Shown one piece after another: positions 35,119 through 46,441 of a stretch of 64,000 nt of DNA. Position 1 is the first letter of the stretch. Every line of letters begins with the position of its first letter. Position numbers and translations under genes: made by a program. The stretch covers positions 39,122,001-39,186,000 of the forward strand of contig OZ038379.1 in assembly GCA_964036045.1 (NCBI GenBank), written 5' to 3'. Source of the stretch: Eutreptiella sp. 'Long Island Sound 2002' (taxonomy: Eukaryota > Protista > Euglenida). The notes beneath the pieces were generated by a model. The model saw only the letters and a list, made by a program, of their open reading frames with translations, was not told the DNA's origin and made no database searches.

Positions 35119-36362
35119 CCTCCCCTACAAGCCCCCCGTCCGTGCTTGCACAGAGGCCACGAGGGACGAGCCGGAGCGGACTAGGTCTCTTCCGTGGTGG
35201 CGTTGCCGTGTTGCCGCCTTGGTGGCAGTGTGGATTGGTGTGGCGAAGGAGCTAAGGTCACGTCTGCCAGTGGATCAAAAAACCTCCCCCCCGCGGCGTC
35301 CGCCGCAGCGCGAGGGCGGGGGGGGGGGGGGGGCTCTCAGAGCATGTGCGCTAGTTAACCTGGTGGCCTTTGGCTGAGGCTGCCTCCGACCCTTGGGTGG
35401 GGATGGACGCCGCGGTAAGGCGCGGCTATTAAAGGGCGCTGAGATGCGGCTAAAAACTTCGGGGAGCGACGCCAGCGGCTCGGACGCCGGCCGGGGGGGG
35501 GGGGGGGGGGGGGGGGCTACTCTCTTTGGGGGGGGGGGGTCTCGCGGCGCGGGTTACGCCCCGTGGAGTCGGAGGAGACGGCGGCGCCCGCGGTCACGGG
35601 CCCGGGGTCGCCGACCCTCCCAGCCGTTAGTGGGGAGGAGAAAGGTCAACGTCCCCCCCGCCCCATCGCGTTGGCCCCTCATCTACCGAACCCTCCCCCG
35701 GTCAACCAGGAGGTCAAGCGCTTGGCGCTTCGTGGGCCTGGGCTTGTCTGCCCTCAATGCAGAAGTAGGGCGGGTGCCCAGTGTTCTCGGAGGGGCTGTG
35801 CCCCTGCATGACGCAGAGGGGCCCGAGTCCGGGAGGGCCTAGTAGGCCGGGCGGGCCTGTCCGAGCCAAGAAGACAGCGCGGCTGCCCCTGCGCGCCAGT
35901 CTCCCGGGACTAGCACCTGGGCGCGTGGCGCGACCCGGGACGGGGCTGTGGGACATCATGGGCCCACTCAGGGGTCGGTGTGCCCTTCATGGCCCGCCCG
36001 GCCACAGTGGCTGATGCCCCAGCCTAGGCTTCTGCACGTCTCGCACAACGGCGCTCCATGCTCCAAGCAGAGCACGCCCTGAGTGCCATTGCCCGCCCCT
36101 TGCAGGCGACTGCTCTGCGGGGCAACAGGCGGGACGCTCTTGGGCGGCGCCCGCGGCGGGCTCCTAGCATACGGTAGTAGGGGGGGGGGGGGGGCTCGAG
36201 GGGACGGGAGAAGTTATCCATGACAAAATTGTCGCCCAGCAGCGGCCGCATGCGGGCAAGCGCTCGCAAGCGCCGGACCCACGAGTTCCGGCAGTGCGTC
36301 GCCACGCGCATAAGCGGCATCATCACCTTGTGGCGTGACGCCACGCATGGGCGGGCCGATAG

Positions 36363-37200
36363 TCACGCGCACACGCGCCTCCCCAAGGGGAGGAGCGAGC
36401 GGCAACGCCCAAGCGTGGCCCCGCATAGCAGTGTGCCAGCAATTAGGTGGCGCTCCGCCAAGCCCGCAGCCTTGCGCAGGACTTGGCCTCGCTCTAACAG
36501 CGGCAGGCGTGTACCTCGCAGTCGGTGGTCCGGGGACGCTGGGAGCGCCCGCCCCGCAAAACCCTCATAATACACGGCCAGCTCACCCCAGGAGACCCCG
36601 GCCGGCCCCGGCGTCCAGGTCAACGCCTTGGCCCACCTGACCAAGTCTTGGATGAAGTCCCCGGGACAGCGCCAGCCCGGCGGGGTCCCCGTCCAGAGCC
36701 TAGCTGGTTGCAGAGCGCGTCCCCCGGCAGGGTTCGACGAAGTCGTCCTAGTGGTACGGGTTGCGGGCCCGTGGATGCGGCTGGTCGGGGAACAGGGAGT
36801 CCCCGTCGCCCGCCTGGTTCCCCTGGACGGCTGCCATGCGGGCCGCGAGGACCGCTAGGTACATGCCATAAAGGCGGTACGGGAACTCGTCCACGAGCCC
36901 GCATCCACCCCCCGCGGCAGCCGGAGGGCGAAAACGCCCGCCTTCCGCAAGCAAGCTGGCCCTTGGTCCGGCGGCCCCACCTTGGGGATCGCCGTGGCCG
37001 TGTTTCTGAGCTAGGAATGCCATGTCTCTTTGGCACTCTCCCACTTTGGGCACTCCCACAGGACGTGGACTGCGTCCCCGTGAGCCGCGCCGCAGCGGGG
37101 GAACACGGAGTTGATCCGCATGCCATGGCTGGACACCCTTGCCGATGTCCACAGGGTTCCGGTCATGAGCCCGCGCAGTAGCAACTTCTCGAACACAATC
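36363..37200 (-). pseudogene. LINE ORF2 C-terminal region (zinc-knuckle-like and W-rich domains)
   Basis: PRCGAAHGDAVHVLWECPKW (decayed CxxC-x-H-x4-C) and WAKALTW..VSWGELAVYYE. Confidence 0.6.
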
Positions 37201-38249
37201 GTGGGAGCCCGCAGCGCTGCGGGGAAGGCCGGGCCATCCGCCCCGTTGCCCTGCCCCCGGAAGATGACTTGGCGCCGCGCCCCAAGCTGGCGCGAGGAAT
37301 GGCGGCGAAGGCTATCTCGGACCCGGTGTTGGATGTAGCGGAGGGGTTCCTACACGAAGTACAGCGGGTGCTCTTGTGCCGGGACGTCCCAACACCACCA
37401 GCCTTCGCGCGGGCTCCAGCCTAGGGTGGCCGCCGTTTGGAGCGCGCGCCCCACCGGGCCTGTCCCGGGAGGCCACGTTACCCCGAGATAGCCTGGGTGA
37501 AGAACGGGCTGACCCCCCGCCGTAGGGCCACCCGGGCGAGCCAGACGAACCTTTCCTACCGCGTGTGCATGATCGTGGAGACGCGACGCCCCTTGGACAG
37601 GACCATGAAGACGATCTCTTTCGCCCGGGACACGCATGTTGCTCCCCACAGGGCCCGCACGACCCCGGTCTCCAGCTCCCGCAGGTCATGGTCCGTCACC
37701 GATGCGACGGCCACTCCTTGGAAGTTCGGGGAGGCGGCAGAGAGCACTCCGTCCAGTTTCTAGGCGACAGGAAAGCACCGTCCCCGTGACTGTGGAGCCC
37801 TCAATGGCGATGCCGACGCCAAGCTGCCGGAAAGTCGCCGCCAGCGTAACGTGGACACCCTGGAGCAGGACCGGCGGGGCGCCTTGTTCTCCCTGGACCC
37901 ATGAGCAGGACTTGTCCACGCGGACGTCTTGGCATGTGACCTGTAGCCACTCCTCCGTCGCGGGGACCGTCCCCTGCAGGGTGGCCGCGCCTAAGGCTAG
38001 CGCGGGAATGTCATCCGCATAGCCTGAGGACACCAGCGCGGCGTAGCCGGAGCCCGCATCCCTCAGGGGGAGAGGGGCCCCCGGATCCAGGTCCTCCGCT
38101 TTGTCCTTGTCCAGAACGGGGGGGAGGGCGGCCGTCCGCACGCACGCCTATTGGCGTACGGAATCCACCTCCTATTTCCAGATCGCCGAAAGCACGTTCA
38201 CCAAGAAAACCCACAGGGGGCACCCCTGGAGGCTGCTGTTGGTGGCCTA

Positions 38250-39039
38250 CCCGGGGGGGGGGGGGGGGGGCGACTCCGCGGGTCCTAGGACGCCAACTAC
38301 CCCTCCCCCCCCCCCCTAGGGGCCTTCGGCCAACAGCTAGTTGCCAAAGGTGTCGCCCCAAGGCGTGCACGGGCGCCTAAGGCGCACGATGCTCCATGAA
38401 CACCAAAGGTGCCCTAAGGAAAATTTTGTCCAATTTGCACCCCAACAGTGTCCTTAAACCTAACCTTGACTCTAACACCCACCCCCAACCCTCAACCTAC
38501 TCCTATCCCTACACCTAACCCTAACCCTAACCCTAACCCTAGCCCTAACCCTAGCCCTGGCTCTCACCCTAGGCTAGGGTCACACTGGGTGTTGGGGTCC
38601 AAAATAGAGCAATGATGTGGCAAAAGCCGCCATGAACGAAATCGGGGGGATCCTGTTCAGCCCAATCAACATGGATGGCATGGCCAAACCAACTGGCTGC
38701 AAAGGTTAGGGTTAGGTTTATGGTGATGGTATGGTTAGAGGGAGGGCAAGGAGAGGTAAGGGGCGCCTGTGCCCCCCTCCCCCCCCCCCCAAACACTCCA
38801 AATCGCCCCACTCGGACCACCCCCCCCCCACCGACCCTCCCGGACCCCCCTCCCACCCCAACCGACCCTCCCGGAGCCCCCCCCCCCCAAGCCCCTCCTA
38901 GACCCCCCCCCCGCAATTGCCCCTCCCTGAGCCCCCCCCTCCAATGCCCCCCCCCCCCCCTTCCCCCCAAGGGGCCTCCGGCCAACAGTTAGTTGGGGGG
39001 GTAGTTGGCGTGCAGAACCGAGGGGTTGCCCCCCCTGGG
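38250..39039. mobile_element. 790-bp MITE-like insertion with ~50-bp TIRs and internal telomere-like repeats
   Basis: TIR cccRggggggg..gacgccaactacccc at both ends. 6-bp duplication GGCCTA (38244-49, 39040-45). Interrupts the RT between ALGL and ATN..QGCPL. Confidence 0.8.
38455..38745. repeat. Interstitial telomere-like repeats in divergent orientation
   Basis: CCCTAA/CCCTAG run at 38519-38554 with a degenerate flank from ~38455. TTAGGG-like run at 38704-38740. Confidence 0.8.
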
Positions 39040-40499
39040 GGCCTACTCCGCAGGCCGAGGGCCCGGGCGATCTTCAAGGCGCGACGGAACTGTTTGTACA
39101 TGGCCCCGAGGGTACGGCACGTGCCCGGGTCCATGCCAAGCTCCAACGCTAGGGCCAACACGACCGCCTCGGGAATGAGATCGACACATTTGATGTAGTT
39201 CATACTCATCCCTACAACCGCATATCCACGGAGAGGACGCAGGTCCAGGAGGACCTGCGTCAACGCCGCCCCATCTAGGGCACTCCTGGCGGGGCGGAAG
39301 CCAAAGCCTGCCACGTGGGCACAAGACTCCTGCCACACAATGGCATCCGCCAAGCGCACACCCGCCCATAGCCGGTAGACCATGGATAGGACCGTGAGCG
39401 GGAGGGTGCTCAGCGACCCCGGCTGGCCCTCTTTGGGGATGGGCGCTGTGTAGCCCTCGGCTAGGCGGGCCGGTCATTTGCCCAGGCGCTCCACCTCCCG
39501 CACGAGGGCCGCCAACCAACCCAGAAACCTATCGGGAAGGGGGCGGAGGTCGGCCAAACTCCACCCGTGCAGCCCTAGTGCCCTGGGCTTCATGCGGAAG
39601 AGCCCCTTGCGCAAGCGGGGTCCGTCCAGCCGCGAGGCAATCATGGGCACCCGTCGGACATGGTGCCCATATCGGCACAGGAAGGCCGTGGGATCCGGTT
39701 CGGCGTCCGTCGCATACCTGCGGTATATCGGGCGCCAGGCGTCCTGCAAGAGGCTATCAATCTCCGCTATCTTGGCCGTGGCAGTGCCATCCGGCGTGGG
39801 CAACAATACACTGCTCCCTGGTTGGAGGTCCAGGCCTCCTTCAATGCAGGAGCGCCACTCGCGGAGACGGCCCTGGTCCTCCGCCCTAGGCCCGGACCTT
39901 TCCTGGCAGCGTCGTGTGGAGGAGGCGGAGTGACTCCAACGGGGCCAGCCGGTCGTGCGCGCCCTTCAGCTCTAGGCCGGCATACTTTAGGCCAAGCGCA
40001 CAGAGCCTTCCCAGGCGACGGCGAAGCGCCGTCCACGCCTGCTGTACCCCGCTCGGCATCGCGCCCACGCCACGCGTTGGTCGCTCTAGCCAGCCGAGGA
40101 CATTCCGGAGGGGGCCTTGGGCCGCCTGGATGCACGCCGGAGGTCAGTTGACAGACCCCCGCAGTGTCCCGGCCCTACTTGGGGCAGAGGCACACCTCCT
40201 GGAACAACTGGTCGGTTCCCTTCCTCATGGAAGGTGTCGGGGGGCCAATGGCAGGGCGGCCCCGGCCGGGAGGGGGTCCGGGGGTATGTCCGGGTAGGCC
40301 AGGGCAAGGAGGATTTCTTACGCTGCCGTGATTCAGAAGGCCCACGCCCGGTCCACATCCCTCGTGAACAGGGCCGCTTGGCAGCTGGCCTCCACGTGGT
40401 TCAGGAGGCGCTGCGTAAGGAGGAGCCGCTCATGTTCTCCCCGCGGGGCCAACGGGACACACGCGGGCCAGACAAACTTCACCACCTACTGAGATGAGC

Positions 40500-41273
40500 C
40501 CTTCAGCTGCTGGTGGAAACGCACCGGGGTGCAGCCAAGGGTGGCCCCGCACGGCACATGCTCCGCCGCACGGAGCCACAGAGCGAGCCGCGTGTCGACG
40601 AGCAGCCCGTCTATGCGCGAGGGGCGCGTGCCCTCCGGGCTTTGGTACGAGCAGAGAGGGTCCCGCCCGAGGGCGCACGCCAGCTCAAGGTGTGCGCCCA
40701 CTAGTCGGCGGGTCAGGAGGGACGCTAGGATAGACGGGGGGGCCTGTAGCGGGTAGTTGAGGTCGAAGTTGAACTCCCCCCCCCCCACCAGCTGGGGGGC
40801 TGTTCCCTGGCGCGCCACGTACAATGTGGCCTGGTCCCAAAAGACCCGGCTAGGGAGCGGTAGGGAGGAGACACCATACGCCACTTGGGCATGCAGAGAA
40901 TCCGCCCCCCGCCCCAGTCCCACCAAGTCATGACAGTAACGGGTGGAGTGCCAGAGGGTTCGGGCGAGGGACGTCCGTCTCGATCCGGGGCGCCCCTTTG
41001 GGCGAGAGGATTGGTCGTCCGGGAATGCCGTGGCGAACCAAGATACCCCGCCCCCCGGCCAATGCATCGCAAATGCTCCCCCCTCCCTCCCGGACTCCAA
41101 GGGCGCCCCCCACAACAATTGCCGCCCCGACGCTCCGGCCTTGGCGCGCATGACTTGTTGCGCGACCTCCCCGAGGCCGGATTCGGAGGTGAGTACGACG
41201 TCTGCTTGCCACTCGACGACCGTGTGCCAGTGCAAGCCAAGGGACGTGACACATCGCCTTGTGCCACGCGCAT
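40500..41273 (-). pseudogene. LINE apurinic-endonuclease (APE) domain relic
   Basis: MRVAQGDV start, ADVVLTSE, LHAQVAYG, GGEFNFDL (decayed GDFN) and PSRIDGLLVD..TPV. Confidence 0.8.
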
Positions 41274-41318
41274 TGGCACCGGATGGGGTTTCACATCCCC
41301 GCAGCTCAGTAGCAGAAG
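41274..41318 (-). other. Degenerate 2A-like (stop-go) motif directly before the APE
   Basis: LLLLSCGDVKPHPVP|M vs consensus DVExNPGP. Each of the three mismatches is one nucleotide change away from the consensus. Confidence 0.6.
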
Positions 41319-44300
41319 GGAGGGTGAGGTCCGGTTGACACCCCACCAATGCTGGTGGAGGGGCGGAGCCTGGGTGGCCCCGGCGGGGGGGGGATGGGGC
41401 GAATGGTTGGGGGGGGGCCTCCATCCCAACCACGGACTCAACTGCCATTGGTCAGAGGGCGCGAAGGGAGAGGCCAGAGGGGGGGCAGCAAAGCATGCCT
41501 GCAAGTCAGACATTGCTCCTGGGCCTGCTGCGCCGCGGTTTGTCGGTCAAGAAAGGTCACCAGCTCAGGGGCGCGCCCGGAGGCGGGGGGGGGGGGGGGG
41601 GGGGGCGGGAGGAGGCGGAAGGCTGCCGGCGGCACGCAAGAGGGGGGGACTGGCAGGCGCTGGGGCCAACTGTGCTCCCATCCCTTGGCGAGGCGGCTGG
41701 CCTCCCGGACGACCTCGTGCAGCAGGTCCCCGTGAAGGCCGGTCCACGCGGCGGAGGACGTCCGGCCACCGGGCTGTGGCCCGGACTTGCCCCAGCTCCG
41801 GCAGGGTTGCCCACCAGACCTTTGAAGATAGGGGGAGGAGGGCGTGCACCGCGGTGCCCACGTCCAGCCCGGTTGCCGTGGGCGTGCGGGGGGGGGGGGG
41901 GGGGCTGGCGGGCGTGGTCGTTGTCCCACGCCCGGCCCCACCAGTCCACCGCCACGGCGTGCAGCCTGCTGGTGGCCGTCTCTCCCTCGAAGAGGGTGAG
42001 GCGGTGGAGCGGGAGGAGGTGCCAGTAGGCGGGGGGGTTGTCCCAGCGCACCACTGGGCCGTGCCGGGTCAGCCGCCACAGCGCCGCGCCGGTCTCCTTG
42101 TGCCATATGGGTGTCAGGTACTGGCGCCATGTATAGGGGAGGCCGGCACTTTGGACGTCCGGCTAGGGGGCACGCGCGAAGAGGACCCGGGGGTATCTCC
42201 ACTGCAAGGCCTGGGCCACAGTGGCCCCCTTGGTCCCGAACTCAGGGCCATCGGGGACCTGGACGGCGGAAATCAAAAAAGGGCCGCCCCAACGCGGGTG
42301 GTGGGTGTGCCACCATCCGTTCCAGGCCCCGGCAAGGAGGTCCTTGATGTGCATGCCCCCATGGCATAGCCCCTCAAGGGGGGCCAGGGCACATGCGGTG
42401 CTCGCCCGTCCGTGGCGCGGCTGGGGGGTGGGGCACATCTTCGTGGCCTGGTGGTACCACCATCGCACCAAGGCGAGGCCATGGTGCGGTCGCCCGTGCC
42501 AGGGGAGCGGGGGGGCCAAGCCTTCGTGCCTCCGCCCTCACCCCCAGCCTCGTCCTAGCGGTCTCTGTACCATGGGCAAAAAAGGCTGGTGGCAGGGTGC
42601 AGGGGGGCCAAGGCGCGTCGCAAGAGGGCTAGGGGCTGGTCGAGGTGGGGGGGGTTAGGCGGCCGTGGGAGGCATCCTGCCGTCCGGGGGCCCATCCTAG
42701 CCAGTCCCCGGTTAGTCGGCGCGCCCTGTCGGCCTGGCTTGCGGCCGCCGTCTGTCCCGGCTGGGGGGAGGGGAGGGCGAGGGGGGCCTGACGCGCCCCT
42801 GGTTGTGCCCGGCGCCAAGGACAGCCGCACCGCCGCGGCGGGTTGGTCCCATGCCATCTTGCCACCGCCCCACACCAGTGTGGGGCCCCCTGCCACTGCC
42901 CGGGCGGAATCCCCCCACTGAGAGGGGCGAAGGGCCATAACCTCGCTGCGGGGCACCCTCTTGGGCTGTGGGCGTATAGACACTCCTGCTGTATTGAGGG
43001 TCCGGTTCCCGAGCCCATCCCAAGGGGAAGCCAACCGGTGCTAGGTGCGCTACCATTACCACGACTACTAGCCGTGGGCGCAGCCGGTAGCGTGCCAAGG
43101 GGTCGGTCCGGGGCGTCGGGTTTTGCGCCTCTGCTGGTATGGGCCTTGGGGAAGCCGGCGTGCGCTTGGGCTTGCCGTCGCCTCCAGCCGCCGCACATCC
43201 CGGCCCCATTGCTCCCCAATTAGGCGGCACCGCCGTCTAGCCGTCTCATGGATGCTGCTCCTCCAAGAGGCTGGGCGGGAGAGGGGGGGAACACGTCGCT
43301 ATTGTCCCGGTCACCCGGTGCCATGGGCAGATACAGCGGCGCGGCGGCTGTGCCCCTTGCCATCCCGCCACCGCCCCACTCCGGCGTGGGGCCCCCTGCC
43401 ACCGCCCAGGCTGGTTCCCCCCCGCGGGGGGGGGCACAGGACCATCACCTCGTCTCAGGGCCCCTCATGGGCTGTGGGCGTATAGACACCCTTCTGTCGG
43501 GCAAGGGGTGCGGTCCCTGGGGCCGTCCCAAGGGTGGGGTTCCCGAGGCTGGAGCTGCTGCCATCACCAATGTAACGAGCACCGGGCGTGACTGGTGGGC
43601 TGCAATGGGGTTGGGTCGTGCCGCCGCCCCCACCGCGGTTCATCACCCAGGCCTCCGTCAGCCATCGCGGGCAGCCCACCACCTGTAGAGAAAGGGCCAG
43701 GAGTAGCAGGGCTAAGAACATTCAAGAATGTCGTCGTCCTCCTCGTCCACGTCGACCGCCGCCGACTCGGCATTGGCCGTGGCTAGGTCCCCCGTGTGGT
43801 CCAGGGTCTCTTGGCCCGCCGCTAGCTGCCGCGGACCCCTGGATCCCTATGGGCGCGTCATTCGCGCTCTGGGGCCCACGGGCTGGTAGCGCCCCTGGCG
43901 GGAGCGGCGGGTGGTCCGCTCCCAGCGGCGGACATCAAAGAGTGTGGGGCACGCCCGGCCGGACACCCTGCAAGTCCTCAGCACCCCCTCCAGCCCGAGG
44001 TCAAAGACCGGCCGCCGGAGGGTGTTGTGGGTCAGCTGGGTGCAGCGGTGGACGCGGATGGTCACCTCCAACCCACCTGCCTCCTCCGCGTAGCGCCAGA
44101 GTTGCGTATCCTCATCCAACGCCAGACCCAGTTGCGCCGGGTAGCCGGAACTGCACAGAGTTTGTTTGCGTCGGCGCCGGCGCGCCCAGCAGGCTGGCGA
44201 TGCACGCTACCACCTTGGGATCCGCCGGCTCGGTCCCCCAGACGTGGACTCCCACGTTGCCGGGGGCACCCCCGGCCACTAGTCCCGCGAACAGCGGCTG

Positions 44301-45620
44301 GAGCTCCTGGTCCTCGGCGAGGGTTTTCCAGACCTCCGCGGAGGGCCCGCGGCGCTTTGGTGGCCGCTTGTACCAAGCACGAACGCCGAATGTTGGCAGA
44401 TGGCACCTATGACTATCCACGGTTGGAAATGGACACCCCGGGCGTCGCCGATGGCACGCATTACCAGCGGCACCACCGCCGACGGGAGGTCCGCTGAGGT
44501 CTCGACCTTCGATCCCTGGACCACCGCCTGGATGTTAATGGGCGGTGGCCTGGGGCATGGCCGCCCCCACGGTCCGAAGTTGTGCCAGGGGTGTCCTTGC
44601 CGAAGGCACCCACGTGGAGGCGGCGCACGTCGGCATCCCCCAGGACTGCCGCATCTAGGACGCAGACGACCCGGAGTGTGGACGGCAGGGGTACAGCGGC
44701 GCACGATTTGTGTGCGGGAGCTCAGTTGCCTCCCGCTGGTCATCGTCCGGGAGACACTCCGCGACAAGCTGCAGCACATGCCCCGGCGTAGCACGGTCCA
44801 CAACCTCCGGGTTAGCCATGTTTGAGGGTTGGCGCTCGGTCCGAACCATGCTCTGCAGGGATGTGCCCAACACCGCAAGACTGATTTTTCGAGCGGCGGA
44901 GTGCGTGCAGTAGGGTCGCCACCGTCCGGGCTCCTTTGCCGCCCCCTTGGACGTGCACCAGCGCCGTGACCCGCTGGACGCCGTCATGTGCTGTGAGGGC
45001 GGCCGTAGCCGCGAGGTGGGCCTCGTGGACCGTTGTTCTCTACCAAGGCCACGCATCGTAGCGCCTCCTCGTGGGAGGGCTCTTTCCATTCAGCCGGGTG
45101 CCACCCCGGCACGATTTGGGCGATGCCCCGTTTCCGGATTGTGCTCCGGGACTCAGCTTGGTAGAGGCGGTGCGGCTGCACCGCAGTAGTCGAAGGGAGC
45201 AGGGCCCATGGGGCCGGTTCCGTGGGTTGTATCGGCGGGAGCGCTGCCTAGGTGGGGCCAACGGGCCCCAACACCCGCACCGCGCCCTGCCGGGACCCCC
45301 GCGCAGCCTTATCTTGTCGTGGAGGCGTAGGGCACGCCACCAGCACCCGCCTGCCCGGGGGGGGGGCAGGGTGGCGGACCCCTCTTGCACGCCTCCCACT
45401 CGCCACAGGTTGATGTTGCCCTGGGCCACCTTGATGTCCTCCTGAGCCCAGTAAGGAGGTGAAGGGGTGGACGGGAAGATTTTCCGACCGACAGAGACAC
45501 CCGTTGCGGTGCTTGAGGCTCCAATGGCTAGAGCTTGTGCTAGTCCACACGCATGGGGACTTGGGCGCGGGGGGGAGACTCTGAGGCGTAGCTGCTGCTT
45601 GCTTCGCCTGGTTGGCCGCG

Positions 45621-46441
45621 GGACAGGGGCGGAAAGTCGAGCACACTTCGGGCCTCCGGATATCAGTGGTGTTGCGAGCAAATAGACTGGAAAAAAGTCT
45701 CATTGGAAGATACGGGTCGTGGTTTTTCCAAAAAGCTTTGTTTGCACAAAACTGAAACAATTGGCCCCTGGACAGGGGCTGATAGTCGAGCATACTTGGG
45801 GCTTGCACATGTCCAAGGTGCTGCGAGTAAATAGCCTTAGATAAAGTCTTGGTGGAAGCAACTAGTCGGAGGTTTCACAAAATGCCTTGTTTGCAGACAA
45901 TTGAAACACCCCCTGGACAGGGACGAATGGTCGAGCACACTTGGGGTCTGCAACTCTCACAGCTGCTATAGGCAAGTAGCGTGAAATAAAGTCGTGGTGG
46001 AAACTATTGGTCGGGGCTTTCCAAAAATGCCTTTCTTTGCAGGAAATTGAAATAGTGTCGAGCACCCTTGCGGCCTGCAGCTCGCAGAACTGCTGCAAGC
46101 AAATAGCGTGAAATAAAGTCCCGGTGGAAGCTACTAGTCGAGGCTTTGCAAAAATGCCTTGTTTGCAGGATGCTGACACGGTGGGCGCCGGGACGCGGGC
46201 GGATAGGCGAGCACACTTGGTGGCTCGGATATCAGTGGTGTTGCGAGCAAATAGCCTGTAATACAGCCTTGGTGGAAGATACGGGTCGTGGCTTTTGCCA
46301 AAAGCCTTGTTTGCAGGAAACTCAAACAGTGGGCCCATGATGGGGGCGCATAGTGGAGCACACTTGGGGCCTCAAGATATCACAGGTGCTGCGAGCAAAT
46401 CGCCTGAAATAAAGTCGTGGTGGAAGCTATTGGTCTGGGCT
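45621..46441. repeat. 149-bp satellite, block 2 (~5.5 units)
   Basis: Same unit and orientation as block 1. Confidence 0.95.

Larger units (their letters stand above)
37556..39830 (-). pseudogene. LINE reverse transcriptase, frameshifted, split by a MITE
   Basis: ALGLHGWSLADLRPLP, VYRLWAGVRL, GFRPARSALD, NYIKCVDLIP, SLQGCPL, GYADD and FRQLGVGI. Confidence 0.9.
35119..45620 (-). mobile_element. Decayed APE-type non-LTR retrotransposon (LINE), ~10.5 kb including a nested MITE
   Basis: ORF1-like relics at 41.4-45.4 kb, then APE, RT and C-terminal CxxC..H..C relics. Flanked by GGACAGGG (35111-18, 45621-28) within the satellite. Confidence 0.8.

Noticed and set aside
38455-38745. True chromosome end or telomere fusion
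   Set aside because: The runs are short and degenerate, enclosed by TIRs and a TSD, and oriented outward rather than as a head-to-head fusion.
45395-45445. Second APE start (IKVAQGNINLW)
   Set aside because: It resembles MRVAQ, but no downstream APE motifs follow and there is no 2A-like motif. It is likely coincidental or a tiny relic.
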